64,000 nucleotides of DNA from Erysipelotrichaceae bacterium (GTDB lineage Bacteria; Bacillota_I; Bacilli_A; RFN20; CAG-826). Location of the stretch: assembly GCA_015059065.1 (NCBI GenBank), contig SVBE01000003.1, positions 2,000 to 65,999 of the forward strand, read 5' to 3'. Positions within the stretch are counted from its first letter, which is position 1. Every line of letters starts with the position of its first letter. The notes under the pieces were generated by a model, which ran no database searches, was not told the origin of the DNA, and saw only the letters and a program-made list of their open reading frames with translations. The position numbers and the translations under genes were made by a program. This document shows, one piece after another, positions 18,948-29,670 of the stretch.

Positions 18948-20609
18948 ATGAACGAAACAGTTGGATATATTATACAGTTACTTGTCGGTATTGCTTTATT
19001 TATTACTGGCATGTCGATGATGTCTTCCGGACTTAAGAAATTAAGTGGCAGAGGGGTTCGTCGTCTTTTTAATAAAATTAAGGATAATAGATTAGCAGGT
19101 ATCGGTATCGGTGCTGCTACTACAGCATTAATTCAATCCAGTGGTGCGACCTCCGTCATGGCTATCGGTTTTCTTAACGCTGGTGTGATGACCATCTTCC
19201 AAGCTTTATGCATTATTCTTGGTGGTTATATCGGAACGACTGTGACTGGCTTATTGGTCTCCTTATCATCGTTCCCGTTCTCAACTTATTTATTACTTTT
19301 AGCTGTTGTTGGCGTGATCCTTTCCTTCTTCAAAAACGAAAAAGTGAAAAACACAGGTGAACTTTTAACTGGCTTAGGTATCTTATTCTTTGGTTTAGAA
19401 ACGATGAAAGGGGCATTCAATAGCCCAGACATTTCTGGAGCCTGCCAACAATTATTCGCGGTCATCTCTAATCCATTATTATTGATGCTTGTTGGTGCGG
19501 TCATCACTGCAATCGTGCAATCATCTTCTGCGACTACTGGTATCGTTATCGTCATGGTTGGTAACGGAGCGATCGAATTATCATCCGCATTCTATGTTGT
19601 CTTAGGTGCGACAATCGGCACAGTGGTAGTGACATTGATCGCTTCTATCGGTGGTTCGATTAATGCGAAGAGAACCGCGTGGACTTGTCTTGTTGTGAGA
19701 ATTGCCACAGCCCTTATGGCTTTAGCCATCTTGTGGCCAATTGAAGCCTCTACAAGCGGTGGTTTATCAAATGGTTTAGCAATTATGTTCGGCGGTAACT
19801 TACAGATTACGGTCGCAATGTTCTTGATCTTCTATAACATCATCTTCATCGGTATCTTGTTACCATTTATCAAGCCAATTGAAAAATTATCTATCGCAGT
19901 TATCAAAGATAAAAAAGCTGAGAAACAGAAATCTGTCCTCAAATATATCGACAATCGTTTATTGATCACCCCTTCATTAGCGTTGGGTCAAACTAAGAAT
20001 GAAATCATCCATATGCTTGAATTAGCAAGAACTAATCTTAAGATTGGCTATGAGATGATGACTTTGCAAAGTTTTGAAAAGAAACAAGAACTCATCACTC
20101 GTGAGGATAATATCGACTATATCAACAATGCGATTACTAACTTCTTGATCGCTTTGTCTCACGATGTTTCCCTCGCTGAAGAAAAGAAGATTGGTTCTTA
20201 TTTCCATATCATCAACGATATTGAACGTATTGGTGACCACGCCTATAACTTCTATGAGCTCGCGGATAAGATGTATTCCAATGATTTACATTTCTCCGAT
20301 CAGGCTGTTTTGGAACTCGATGAGATGTACGAGAAGATTGAAGAGATGTTTGATTTAACTCACGAAGTCTTCGTCTATCACGATAAAGAAGCCTTAAAAC
20401 GCCTCCATGATGTAGAAGGTGAAACCGATGTATTAAAGACCAAATTAGGCGATTCCCATTATGAAAGAATCAGCAAGAATGAATGCGTGATGGAATTATC
20501 CCCATTCTATACTTCTTTAATCAGTGAACTCGAAAGAACTGCTGACCACTTAGTGAATATTGGCTATGCCCATATCAATCCAACTGGTGATGTGGAGGAA
20601 AATGCATAA
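18948..20609 (+). CDS. Na/Pi cotransporter family protein with PhoU-like C-terminal domains
   Basis: Two QSS(G/S)AT repeats, DIERIGDHA and ELERTADH PhoU motifs. Confidence 0.93.
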   Translation: MNETVGYIIQLLVGIALFITGMSMMSSGLKKLSGRGVRRLFNKIKDNRLAGIGIGAATTALIQSSGATSVMAIGFLNAGVMTIFQALCIILGGYIGTTVTGLLVSLSSFPFSTYLLLLAVVGVILSFFKNEKVKNTGELLTGLGILFFGLETMKGAFNSPDISGACQQLFAVISNPLLLMLVGAVITAIVQSSSATTGIVIVMVGNGAIELSSAFYVVLGATIGTVVVTLIASIGGSINAKRTAWTCLVVRIATALMALAILWPIEASTSGGLSNGLAIMFGGNLQITVAMFLIFYNIIFIGILLPFIKPIEKLSIAVIKDKKAEKQKSVLKYIDNRLLITPSLALGQTKNEIIHMLELARTNLKIGYEMMTLQSFEKKQELITREDNIDYINNAITNFLIALSHDVSLAEEKKIGSYFHIINDIERIGDHAYNFYELADKMYSNDLHFSDQAVLELDEMYEKIEEMFDLTHEVFVYHDKEALKRLHDVEGETDVLKTKLGDSHYERISKNECVMELSPFYTSLISELERTADHLVNIGYAHINPTGDVEENA

Positions 20610-22159
20610 TGGCTTCTGATTCCTTAGTTCTCACTTTAGATTTCGGTACTCAATCCGTAAGAGCGGCTTTAACCAACAAACAAGGTGAAACGGTTGCTTT
20701 ATCTAAGATAAAATATCGTCCACCTTACGTTTCCCCCGTCAGTGGATATGCAGAACAAGATGCGGATTTTTATTGGATTAACGCCAAACAATGTTTAATT
20801 CAACTCTGCAAAGAGAACCCTGATAAATTACAACATATCGTCGGGGCGACAGTCACCACTTTTAGAGATACATCTGTTCAACTTGATGAGAATTTAAAAC
20901 CACTACGAAAATGTATCCTTTGGCTTGATCAAAGAATGGCAAAAGGTAAAGAAAAAATACCTCTCCATCATAGAGCGATATTTAAAATTATTGGAATGTG
21001 GCCAACGATTGTTTTAAACCGTGCGAGAACACCAGCCCATTGGTTAAAAGAAAACGAGCCAGAGACTTGGAACAGAACTTATAAGTACGTTAATATATCA
21101 ACTTATTTAGTATATAAGATTACAGGCCGATTAGCGGACTCTGTAGCCTGTATGGTGGGACATTACCCAATCAACTACCGCAAGGGCAAATGGTATCAAT
21201 TTAAAGCCTTAAAAGGCAGATTCTTTGGCATTCCTAATCGTATGCTTTGTGAATTAGTGCCAGTAGGAGAAGTGATCGCGACCATCAAAGATGAAATCGC
21301 TGATGAAATCGGTTTACCAAGAGGCATTAAGTTATATGCGACTGGAAGCGATAAAGCTTGTGAAACAGTTGGTTTAGGCGCGCTTAATCCTACAGTAGCC
21401 GCGGTTAGCTATGGCACAGCCTCAACTGTCGAAGTTAGCAATCAAAAATATCATGAACCAGAACCATTCTTACCAGCTTATCAAGCTGCAGTGCCAGGAT
21501 GGCATAATATGGAAGTGCAAATCTATCGTGGATATTGGATGTTAACTTGGTATGCGAAAGAATTCGCGAAAGATTTTGATAATGAAAGAGATAGAGGAAT
21601 GATTGAAGAACTCCTCGATGCCGAATTACAAAAAGTCCCACCGGGAAGCGAAGGACTTATCGTTCAACCATATTGGGGACCAGGATTATCCCGTCCATTC
21701 GCGAAAGGGGCGATTATTGGGTTCTCAGATGTTCATACACGTATCCATATCTATAGAGCGATTATCGAAGGTATTGCTTATTCCTTAAGAGAAGGGTTAG
21801 AAAGCATTGAACATAGTCAACATCAAAAAGTTGACCATATCATGATTTCTGGTGGTGGATCTCAGTCCGACGATATCTGTCAAATTACCGCGGATGTCTT
21901 CGGCTTACCAGTCTCCCGCGTTCAAACATTTGAAACTTCAACCCTAGGAGCGGCATTAAGCGTCTTCCTCGCCTGTAAAGAATTCGCGAATATAGAAGAA
22001 GCCACTCATGCGATGGTCCATAAAACAAAAACCTTCTATCCAAATGAATTAGCCCATAAGAACTACGACACTTTATATAAAAAGGTATATGTCAAAATGT
22101 ATCCTCAACTTAAAGATGTCTATCGCGATTTAAATAAATTCCTTAAACGCGGAAACTAA
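20609..22159 (+). CDS. FGGY-family carbohydrate kinase
   Basis: LDFGTQSVRA, LWLDQR, SYGTA, RAIIEGIAY, SGGGSQSD. Confidence 0.9.
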   Translation: MASDSLVLTLDFGTQSVRAALTNKQGETVALSKIKYRPPYVSPVSGYAEQDADFYWINAKQCLIQLCKENPDKLQHIVGATVTTFRDTSVQLDENLKPLRKCILWLDQRMAKGKEKIPLHHRAIFKIIGMWPTIVLNRARTPAHWLKENEPETWNRTYKYVNISTYLVYKITGRLADSVACMVGHYPINYRKGKWYQFKALKGRFFGIPNRMLCELVPVGEVIATIKDEIADEIGLPRGIKLYATGSDKACETVGLGALNPTVAAVSYGTASTVEVSNQKYHEPEPFLPAYQAAVPGWHNMEVQIYRGYWMLTWYAKEFAKDFDNERDRGMIEELLDAELQKVPPGSEGLIVQPYWGPGLSRPFAKGAIIGFSDVHTRIHIYRAIIEGIAYSLREGLESIEHSQHQKVDHIMISGGGSQSDDICQITADVFGLPVSRVQTFETSTLGAALSVFLACKEFANIEEATHAMVHKTKTFYPNELAHKNYDTLYKKVYVKMYPQLKDVYRDLNKFLKRGN

Positions 22160-22184
22160 AATTATACAAAAAAGAGAAGAAAGT

Positions 22185-22207
22185 AAGACAACGCTGTCTT
22201 CTTTTTT
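22185..22207 (+). terminator. Putative intrinsic terminator
   Basis: AAGACA-ACGC-TGTCTT followed by CTTTTTT. Confidence 0.6.
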
Positions 22208-22265
22208 ATCATTAAGGTAAATCACTATATAATATATACATTAATAAACAAAGAGAGGGTATCTT

Positions 22266-23660
22266 ATGAAAAAAATAATATTTCTATTACCTTTATTAGT
22301 ATTACCTTTAACAGCGTGTGAGGTTGAAGGGTCTTCTTCAAGCTCTTCTGCTTTACCTCCTGCCTCAACATCATTTCCACCTGAACCTACGGAAAACACA
22401 TGCTTGATTCGTTTTGACACAATCACAGTGCTTGATGAAAAAGATCAACCATTTGAAATCACAAGAAAAGTGTCTTATAGCGATGAATATTTCAACGCCT
22501 CTGGCAAAGTATTCAGTAAAGATTTAGCTTTAGCGAGCTTTGCAAATTATGCTTCAAGCGATACGAAAGAAAATACAGATAATTTCTTTGCAAGCATCGG
22601 CTTTGATAATGTTGTACATTCTCCTGATTATGACACCCCAGAGACAAAAGATTCTGTTAAATATAATTTTGCCCATAAGAAGATTGGTGAATATGACGTT
22701 TTCTCCATCAACGCATGCGCGCTTTATCTTAAGCCATGGGAAAATAATGTCACGATTGGAAAAACCGGAAATGGTTCTGGCTTCCAATCAGGTGCAGACA
22801 AGATGCTCACAGCATTTAGATCATATTTAAATAACTATAATAGCGGCAAATATAAAATCTGGATGACTGGTCACTCAAGAACAGCAGCCTTTGCTAATAT
22901 CATCGCTGAAACACTTCTTGATGAAGAAAATCCAATTATCACTGATGACACATTGTTCTGTTATCCATTTGAAGCCCCTGCGGTTATCGATGTAAATTTA
23001 AAGAAACCACATGAATCAATTCATAATGTCATTAATGAAGAAGACATCGTCCCAGCCTTCTATCCAGAGTGTTATGGTCTTGTAAGAGCAGGACATGATG
23101 TCTATATCACAAACGATGATATCGATAAAACCGCAAGAGCGTTTGACCCACGCATTATTCTTGCTCCATCAAACACGATGGAAGGAATGCCAAAGAAGAA
23201 AGGCTTTATTGATTTCATTATCTCTTCATTGATTAGACCTGCAACTGGTAAACCTGGAGATTATGGTTACGCTCCTGATATGGCCACTAGAGAACATTAT
23301 GTCGATAACGGCTATCAAGAAAACCTTGCGACCATGTTCCAATTATTATTCGGTGTCGACATGAAAAACTTCATTGATTTAGCCAAGAGAATTGAAGATC
23401 TTGGGTTTGAAGCAATTGGATTAATCGAAGAAGATGCAGCTTACAATTTGTTCTCAGAAATCTTAGATAAAAACGGCGAGACTTACGATAAAGCAAAATT
23501 AAGAAGCGCGCTTAACGGATTGATTAAAGTAATGCTTGTCAACTGCAGCAATGTGCTTCTCGCACTAGTTTATCCAGAGACGAGCAGCGAATTCTTACGC
23601 GGTGTGCAAAACCACTGTTTAGAAGTTCTTCTCCCAGCTTTATTAGCGTATAAAGGATAA
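22266..23660 (+). CDS. Lipoprotein, alpha/beta-hydrolase (lipase class 3-like)
   Basis: LTAC lipobox, Ser linker, KIWMTGHSR nucleophile elbow, FEAP, NVINEEDIVP. Confidence 0.75.
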   Translation: MKKIIFLLPLLVLPLTACEVEGSSSSSSALPPASTSFPPEPTENTCLIRFDTITVLDEKDQPFEITRKVSYSDEYFNASGKVFSKDLALASFANYASSDTKENTDNFFASIGFDNVVHSPDYDTPETKDSVKYNFAHKKIGEYDVFSINACALYLKPWENNVTIGKTGNGSGFQSGADKMLTAFRSYLNNYNSGKYKIWMTGHSRTAAFANIIAETLLDEENPIITDDTLFCYPFEAPAVIDVNLKKPHESIHNVINEEDIVPAFYPECYGLVRAGHDVYITNDDIDKTARAFDPRIILAPSNTMEGMPKKKGFIDFIISSLIRPATGKPGDYGYAPDMATREHYVDNGYQENLATMFQLLFGVDMKNFIDLAKRIEDLGFEAIGLIEEDAAYNLFSEILDKNGETYDKAKLRSALNGLIKVMLVNCSNVLLALVYPETSSEFLRGVQNHCLEVLLPALLAYKG

Positions 23661-23675
23661 TAAAATATAAACAAA

Positions 23676-23706
23676 ACAAAATCGCAGAATTAATGCGGTT
23701 TTTGTG
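23676..23706. terminator. Bidirectional terminator
   Basis: ACAAAATCGCA-GAATTAA-TGCGGTTTTTGT between convergent genes. Confidence 0.7.
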
Positions 23707-23729
23707 TGCTTTTTCTATGCAAACCTCGA

Positions 23730-25637
23730 TTATTCTAATTCGAAAGCGCCTGTGTATAGTTGATAATAAACGCCTTTTTGAGCGATGAGTTGGTCGTGGT
23801 TGCCACGTTCGATAATTCTGCCTTGATCCATAACCATAATCGCATCGGCATTTTGAATAGTGGAGAGTCTATGAGCAATGACAAACACCGTTCTTCCTTC
23901 CATTAATTTATCCATGCCTTCTTGGACTAATTTTTCCGTACGAGTATCGATAGAGGAAGTAGCTTCATCAAGGATTAAAACAGGGGTGTCAGCAACGGCT
24001 GCTCTGGCGATAGAGATTAATTGTCTTTGACCTTGTGATAAGTTAGAACCATCACCATCAAGCATCGTATTAAATCCTTCTGGTAAACGAGTGATGAAGT
24101 CGTATGCGTTCGCGATCTTCGCGGCCTCGATACATTCTTCATCGGTTGCATCTAGTCGACCATATCTGATGTTGTCCATAACTGTACCGGTGAAGAGATT
24201 GACATCTTGTAAGACGATACCTAAACAACGACGTAATTCGTGTTTTTTAATCTTGGTGATATTAATACCGTCATATCTAATCTTTCCACCTTCGATGTGG
24301 TAGAAGCGATTTAACAAGTTAGTGATAGTGGTTTTGCCTGCGCCTGTCGCGCCAACGAGGGCGATTTTTTGACCTGGACGGGCGTAAATAGAGACATTAT
24401 GTAAAACTATCTTATCTTCTGTATAACCAAAGGTTACATCATCTAATACGATATCGCCTTTAAGTTCAGTGTATGTGATTGAGCCATCTGCTTGATGTGG
24501 GTGTTTCCAAGCGTAGTCTCTAGTTCTTTCTTCTGTTTCTTCAAATGTTCCGTCTTCGTGGTATTTGATGTGAACAAGGTCACAATAACCAGTATCGATC
24601 TCTTCTTTCTCATTAAGCAAATCCATAATACGAGAAGCACCCGCGGTTGACATTGCGACGAACATGAGTTGTTGGGCTAAGTTATTGACGTTAACAGAGA
24701 AGCCACGCGCGATGGATAAGAAGGCAAGGATAACACCGTACGTGATTGGGGCAACACCATCAGCGATAGAGATATTGTTCCAACCTTGTACCATAATGAC
24801 ACAGCCAACGATAACACAGAGAACGTAGATAAAGTTGCCGATATTACCCATGATTGGACCGATGATGTTACCGGCTTTATTACCTTTATTTGCGTATTCA
24901 AATAATTCGTCGTTTAGCTTATCGAATTCTTCGATTGATTTCTCCTCATGGGTGAAGACTTTAATGACTTTTAAACCATTGATAGATTCTTCGATATTGC
25001 CTTCAACACGACCAACCGCTTGTTGTTGTTTGCCGAAGAATTTATTAGCGGCTCCACCTTGTTTTCTGCCGTTGATGAACATGAAGAATGTTCCAAAGAA
25101 AACAACCAAAGCAAGCCATAATGAATAGACAAACATAACAGCGATGATACCAACGATGGAGAATATTGCCATCAACATATTTGGTACTGCTTGAGCGAAG
25201 AATTGTCTAATCGTATCGATGTCGTTAGTGAATAATGACATGATGTCACCATGCTTATGGGTATCAAAATATCGAATTGGCAATGTCTCGAGGTGATTGA
25301 AGATTCTAATTCTCATCTCGTTTAAATATTTTTGAGTGGTGACAGCCATTACGCGGTTCCAAGTATAGCTAGCAAAGATACCAACGACATATAAAGAACC
25401 CATTATAGTTAATAAGATACCAATTTGTTGCCACATTTCTGCCTTGGTCAATACTTTGCTGGTCAAGGTATCAGTAATGTTTCTAATAAATATGGAAGCG
25501 GAGAAGTTTGTTGCCGCGTTAAAGCCTAAACAAACCACAACCAAAAGCATTCTCCACTTATATAATTTAAGGAAGTTTTTAAGGAGGAATGATAGTGTGC
25601 CTTTTTTAGCTTTACCAAATGCTTTTTTTGGTGGCAT
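23730..25637 (-). CDS. ABC exporter, fused permease/ATPase (heterodimer subunit 2)
   Basis: GATGAGKTT, LSQGQRQL, LILDEATS, IAHRLST. Confidence 0.95.
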   Translation of the reverse strand: MPPKKAFGKAKKGTLSFLLKNFLKLYKWRMLLVVVCLGFNAATNFSASIFIRNITDTLTSKVLTKAEMWQQIGILLTIMGSLYVVGIFASYTWNRVMAVTTQKYLNEMRIRIFNHLETLPIRYFDTHKHGDIMSLFTNDIDTIRQFFAQAVPNMLMAIFSIVGIIAVMFVYSLWLALVVFFGTFFMFINGRKQGGAANKFFGKQQQAVGRVEGNIEESINGLKVIKVFTHEEKSIEEFDKLNDELFEYANKGNKAGNIIGPIMGNIGNFIYVLCVIVGCVIMVQGWNNISIADGVAPITYGVILAFLSIARGFSVNVNNLAQQLMFVAMSTAGASRIMDLLNEKEEIDTGYCDLVHIKYHEDGTFEETEERTRDYAWKHPHQADGSITYTELKGDIVLDDVTFGYTEDKIVLHNVSIYARPGQKIALVGATGAGKTTITNLLNRFYHIEGGKIRYDGINITKIKKHELRRCLGIVLQDVNLFTGTVMDNIRYGRLDATDEECIEAAKIANAYDFITRLPEGFNTMLDGDGSNLSQGQRQLISIARAAVADTPVLILDEATSSIDTRTEKLVQEGMDKLMEGRTVFVIAHRLSTIQNADAIMVMDQGRIIERGNHDQLIAQKGVYYQLYTGAFELE

Positions 25638-27415
25638 TATTGTTCCCCTCCTTTCCTATTTTGAGAATAATAAACTTCACGATAAATCTCATTGTTCTTT
25701 AACAAAGAATCATGAGTGCCAATCGCGTTGATTTGTCCATTATCCATAACGATGATCTGATCTGCGGTTTCAATAGAAGAAATTCTTTGAGCAATAACGA
25801 TTTTGGTCGTATCAGGAACAATTTCTTTTAAGTTCTTTCTGATGATGGCGTCAGTCTTAGTGTCAACTGCAGAAGTGGAGTCATCTAAAATCAACACCTT
25901 AGGTTTTTTAAGCAAGGCTCTCGCAATACAAAGTCTCTGCTTTTGTCCGCCAGAAACGTTCGTGCCACCTTGTTCAATATATGTATCATATCCCTGTGGG
26001 AATTTTTCAATAAATTCATGAGCTTGGGCAATTTTACAAGCATGGATCATTTCTTCGTCGGTCGCATTCTCATCGCCCCATCTTAAATTGTCTTTAATGG
26101 TTCCGGAGAATAAGACGTTCTTTTGAAGGACAACCGCGACATTATTACGAAGCGTTTCTAAATCGTATTCTTTAACGTTTGTATCGCCGACTAAAACTTC
26201 GCCTTCGCTGACATCGTATAAACGGCAAATTAAATTAACCAATGATGTTTTTCCACTACCAGTGGAGCCGATAATACCGACGAATTGGCCAGATTTAATC
26301 TTGATATTGATATTGCTGACCGCGTTATTTTCCGCTTCTTCTGAATAACGGAAGTTGACGTTTTTAAATTCAACATCGCCGTTTTTCATTTCGTAAACCG
26401 GGTTTTCACAGTTGACGATTGTGCTCTTTTCTTCTAGGACTTGTCCAATACGGTTCATGGACTCAATAGACATCGCCATCATGACGATAATCATAGACAC
26501 CATCATTAATCCAGCGAGGATTTGAACGCCGTACGTGATACATGCACTAAGAGTGGCGACAGAGATGTTACCAATTCCACCAACAGGAACATTTTCAAGG
26601 ATGAAATAAGAACCAATCGCTAAAACTAAAATATTAGATAAGTGAATACTGGTGTTCATGATTGGGTTGCTGAACGCCAATATCTTTTCTGCTTTGATGA
26701 ATTCGCCTGCAATGCTATTTGATGCTTTTGCGAATTTCTCTTTTTCATAATCTTCTCTAACAAAGGATTTAACGACTCTGATACCTTCAACGTTTTCTTT
26801 AACCGATTGGTTCAATGCATCATAACGTTTGAAAACTCTTCTAAAAATTGGCATAGCCTTAATCATTAAAAGAATTAAACCAAACATAACTATAGGCATG
26901 ATGCCAATAAATATCCAAGCAATCGCTCCACCGGAGATGAATGCCATAACAGCAGAGAAGATAATCATTAATGGGGCTCTTACGACGATACGAATAACCA
27001 TAGAGAACGCCATAACAGCATTGTTGATATCGGTGGTCATTCTCGTCACTAAACTAGAGGCGGAGAAGTGATCAATATTAGCAAAGCTAAAGTCTTGAAC
27101 TTTGGCATATAATGCATGTCTTAAATTTCTTGCTAGACCAGTGGAAGCCTTGGCTGCAAAGATACCGCCTAACACACCACAGATAATTGAGAATATTGTT
27201 AATCCAATTAAGATACCGGCATACATCCAAATGGTGCCCATATCGACAGTCCCTTTTCCCTCTTCAATAGTGGAAACGAGAAGTGACATGATGAAAGGAA
27301 TTGCGCATTCAGCACCGGCTTCACCAATCATTAAGATTGGGGTAATAATCGCATATTTTTTAAACTGCTTAATATGTGAGAATACTATTTTAAATTTTCT
27401 AATTAAATCAATCAT
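25637..27415 (-). CDS. ABC exporter, fused permease/ATPase (heterodimer subunit 1)
   Basis: GSTGSGKTS, VSGGQKQRL, degenerate LILDDSTS and IAQRISS typical of heterodimeric exporters. Confidence 0.95.
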   Translation of the reverse strand: MIDLIRKFKIVFSHIKQFKKYAIITPILMIGEAGAECAIPFIMSLLVSTIEEGKGTVDMGTIWMYAGILIGLTIFSIICGVLGGIFAAKASTGLARNLRHALYAKVQDFSFANIDHFSASSLVTRMTTDINNAVMAFSMVIRIVVRAPLMIIFSAVMAFISGGAIAWIFIGIMPIVMFGLILLMIKAMPIFRRVFKRYDALNQSVKENVEGIRVVKSFVREDYEKEKFAKASNSIAGEFIKAEKILAFSNPIMNTSIHLSNILVLAIGSYFILENVPVGGIGNISVATLSACITYGVQILAGLMMVSMIIVMMAMSIESMNRIGQVLEEKSTIVNCENPVYEMKNGDVEFKNVNFRYSEEAENNAVSNINIKIKSGQFVGIIGSTGSGKTSLVNLICRLYDVSEGEVLVGDTNVKEYDLETLRNNVAVVLQKNVLFSGTIKDNLRWGDENATDEEMIHACKIAQAHEFIEKFPQGYDTYIEQGGTNVSGGQKQRLCIARALLKKPKVLILDDSTSAVDTKTDAIIRKNLKEIVPDTTKIVIAQRISSIETADQIIVMDNGQINAIGTHDSLLKNNEIYREVYYSQNRKGGEQ

Positions 27416-27505
27416 AGCGAGTTTATTTTATTGGTAAAAATAAATATATTCAATTATTTTAATCAAAAATGTATAATACCTTTACGCAAGAGAGTGTAAA
27501 ATTTT

Positions 27506-28783
27506 ATGAAAAATTTCGTCTTTATTTCTCCCCATTTCCCAAATACCTACTGGAGATTTGTCCAAGGGTTGGTGAAAAACGGATTCCGTGTTCTCGGCAT
27601 CGGGGATTGTCCTTATGATCAACTTTCCAACGAATTAAAGCAGTATTTAACCGAATATTATGCTTGCTATAACATGGAAGACTTCGAAGAAGAAGCTAGA
27701 GCAGTTGCCTATTTTGAAAACAAATATGGTCACATCGATTATTTAGAGAGCAATAATGAGTATTGGCTCCAAAGAGATGCATGGCTCAGAGATCGCTTCA
27801 ATATCACCACCGGGGTGAACAGTAAAGACATTGAAATTTATCAACATAAATCGATGATGAAAGCCTGTTTCCAAAAAGCGGGTGTTAAAACTGCAAAATA
27901 CATTCTCGTTGATACATATGAAAACCTTAAGAAGTTCGCTGACGAAGTTGGCTTCCCAATTTTTGCTAAACCAGATAGAGGTGTGGGAGCCGCAGGCGAC
28001 TATAAAATCAAGAATTTAGATGATTTAAATAGATTCTTTAATGAAAAAGACCCAAATGTTCCATATATTGTCGAACAATTTGTCACAGGAAACATTGTTT
28101 CTTTTGATGGTGTTAGCGATTCACAAGGCAATGTCTTATTCGCGACAAGTGAATTCTTCCCACCATCTATTGCTGATATCTTGCAACAACAATTAGATGT
28201 CTTCTATTATTGCTTACCAAAAGTGCCTGATGACCTTGCAGAAATTGGACCTCGTGTCATCAAAGCTTTTAATGTGAGAAATAGATTCTTCCACATTGAA
28301 TTCTTCCGCTTGAGCCAAGATATCAAGGGCTTAGGTAAAAAGAATGAAATTGTGGCCTTAGAAACAAATATGAGACCACCAGGAGGATACACTCCAGATT
28401 TATTAAACTTCGCAAATTCTGTGAACTGTTATCAAATCTGGGCTGACTCAATGGCGTTTGATGAAAATCGTCAAGTGATGACATATCCAAAATTCTATGC
28501 TGGTGTGGCCTCGCGTAGATTTAAGAACGAATATTTCTATTCTGATGAAGATATCGCTCGCACATTCCATGATAATTTATGCGCGACTGGCGTTTACCCA
28601 CCAATTCTTGCCGACTGTATGGGTGATAAATACTATATGGCCAAATTCTGGACTCTCGAGGAGCTCAAGGTCTTTGAGGCTTATGTGGCGAGAAGAGTTG
28701 GCGAACCAGTTAAAGATATCAAAACTGAAAAAAAGAATAATAAAAAAGAACCAATATGCGATACGCATGTTGATGGAGCGTGA
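27506..28783 (+). CDS. ATP-grasp domain protein (carboxylate-amine ligase-like)
   Basis: FISPHFP N-terminus, FAKPDRGVGA, IVEQFV, FFHIEFF, LETNMRPPG. Confidence 0.85.
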   Translation: MKNFVFISPHFPNTYWRFVQGLVKNGFRVLGIGDCPYDQLSNELKQYLTEYYACYNMEDFEEEARAVAYFENKYGHIDYLESNNEYWLQRDAWLRDRFNITTGVNSKDIEIYQHKSMMKACFQKAGVKTAKYILVDTYENLKKFADEVGFPIFAKPDRGVGAAGDYKIKNLDDLNRFFNEKDPNVPYIVEQFVTGNIVSFDGVSDSQGNVLFATSEFFPPSIADILQQQLDVFYYCLPKVPDDLAEIGPRVIKAFNVRNRFFHIEFFRLSQDIKGLGKKNEIVALETNMRPPGGYTPDLLNFANSVNCYQIWADSMAFDENRQVMTYPKFYAGVASRRFKNEYFYSDEDIARTFHDNLCATGVYPPILADCMGDKYYMAKFWTLEELKVFEAYVARRVGEPVKDIKTEKKNNKKEPICDTHVDGA

Positions 28784-29670
28784 AAATGAGAGGGCTGATT
28801 GTAGTTAATCAATCAATCGGTCATAACCAATATAAAATTGATCGATTTCTAGAAGAATCTAGAGACCTAGGAATTGATTTGGATGTTGTGATCAATGATG
28901 GTCACCTCGCGAAGATTGAAAACGGCGAGATTGTTTTATCTATCCCCAAATATGATTTCGTCCTCTATTTAGACAAAGATATTTATGGGGCGAGAATATT
29001 AGAGAGACAAGGCTATAGATTGTTTAATAAAGCCGATTTCATCAAATTATGCGATGACAAGATGCTCACTCTTATTAGATGTGCGAACGAAGGGTTTCCA
29101 ATCATCAAAACATTGCCTGCTCCACTTGTCTATGTAGACGAATTAAGCGAGAGCAATTATAAGTTCCTTGACCACGTTGTTGAAGAGCTTGGATTACCGC
29201 TTGTTGCAAAAAGAGTATATGGCTCATTAGGAGAAGGCGTATACCTTATAGACACAAAAGACAAATTAAGAGAATTTTATAAAGAGAATTATCGTGGTCC
29301 ATTGCTATTTGAAGAGTACGTTAAATCAAGCAAAGGTCGCTCCCTAAGAGCGTTAGTTATCGACAATAAAGTAATCGGTATTATCGAAAGAAATAATCCA
29401 TCTGATTTCCGTAGTAATTACGGCACGACAAACTTCTCATTAAATTACAGCGGTAATAAAAAATGCTGGGATTTTGCAGAAAAAATCTCGCAAAAACTCA
29501 ATATTGAATATGCTGGCATAGATTTTCTCTATGATGAAAACGGAGATCCAATACTCTGTGAAATCAATTCCAATGCCTTTTTTGAAGAGTTTGAAAAGAC
29601 TACGCATATTAATGTGGCAAAACTATTTTTAGAAATGGTGAAAAACAAGGTTAGCAATGAACAAAAATAA
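28780..29670 (+). CDS. RimK-family ATP-grasp ligase
   Basis: CDDKMLT, PLVAKRVYGSLGEGVYL, DFRSN, YAGIDFL, CEINSN. Confidence 0.88.
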   Translation: MKMRGLIVVNQSIGHNQYKIDRFLEESRDLGIDLDVVINDGHLAKIENGEIVLSIPKYDFVLYLDKDIYGARILERQGYRLFNKADFIKLCDDKMLTLIRCANEGFPIIKTLPAPLVYVDELSESNYKFLDHVVEELGLPLVAKRVYGSLGEGVYLIDTKDKLREFYKENYRGPLLFEEYVKSSKGRSLRALVIDNKVIGIIERNNPSDFRSNYGTTNFSLNYSGNKKCWDFAEKISQKLNIEYAGIDFLYDENGDPILCEINSNAFFEEFEKTTHINVAKLFLEMVKNKVSNEQK

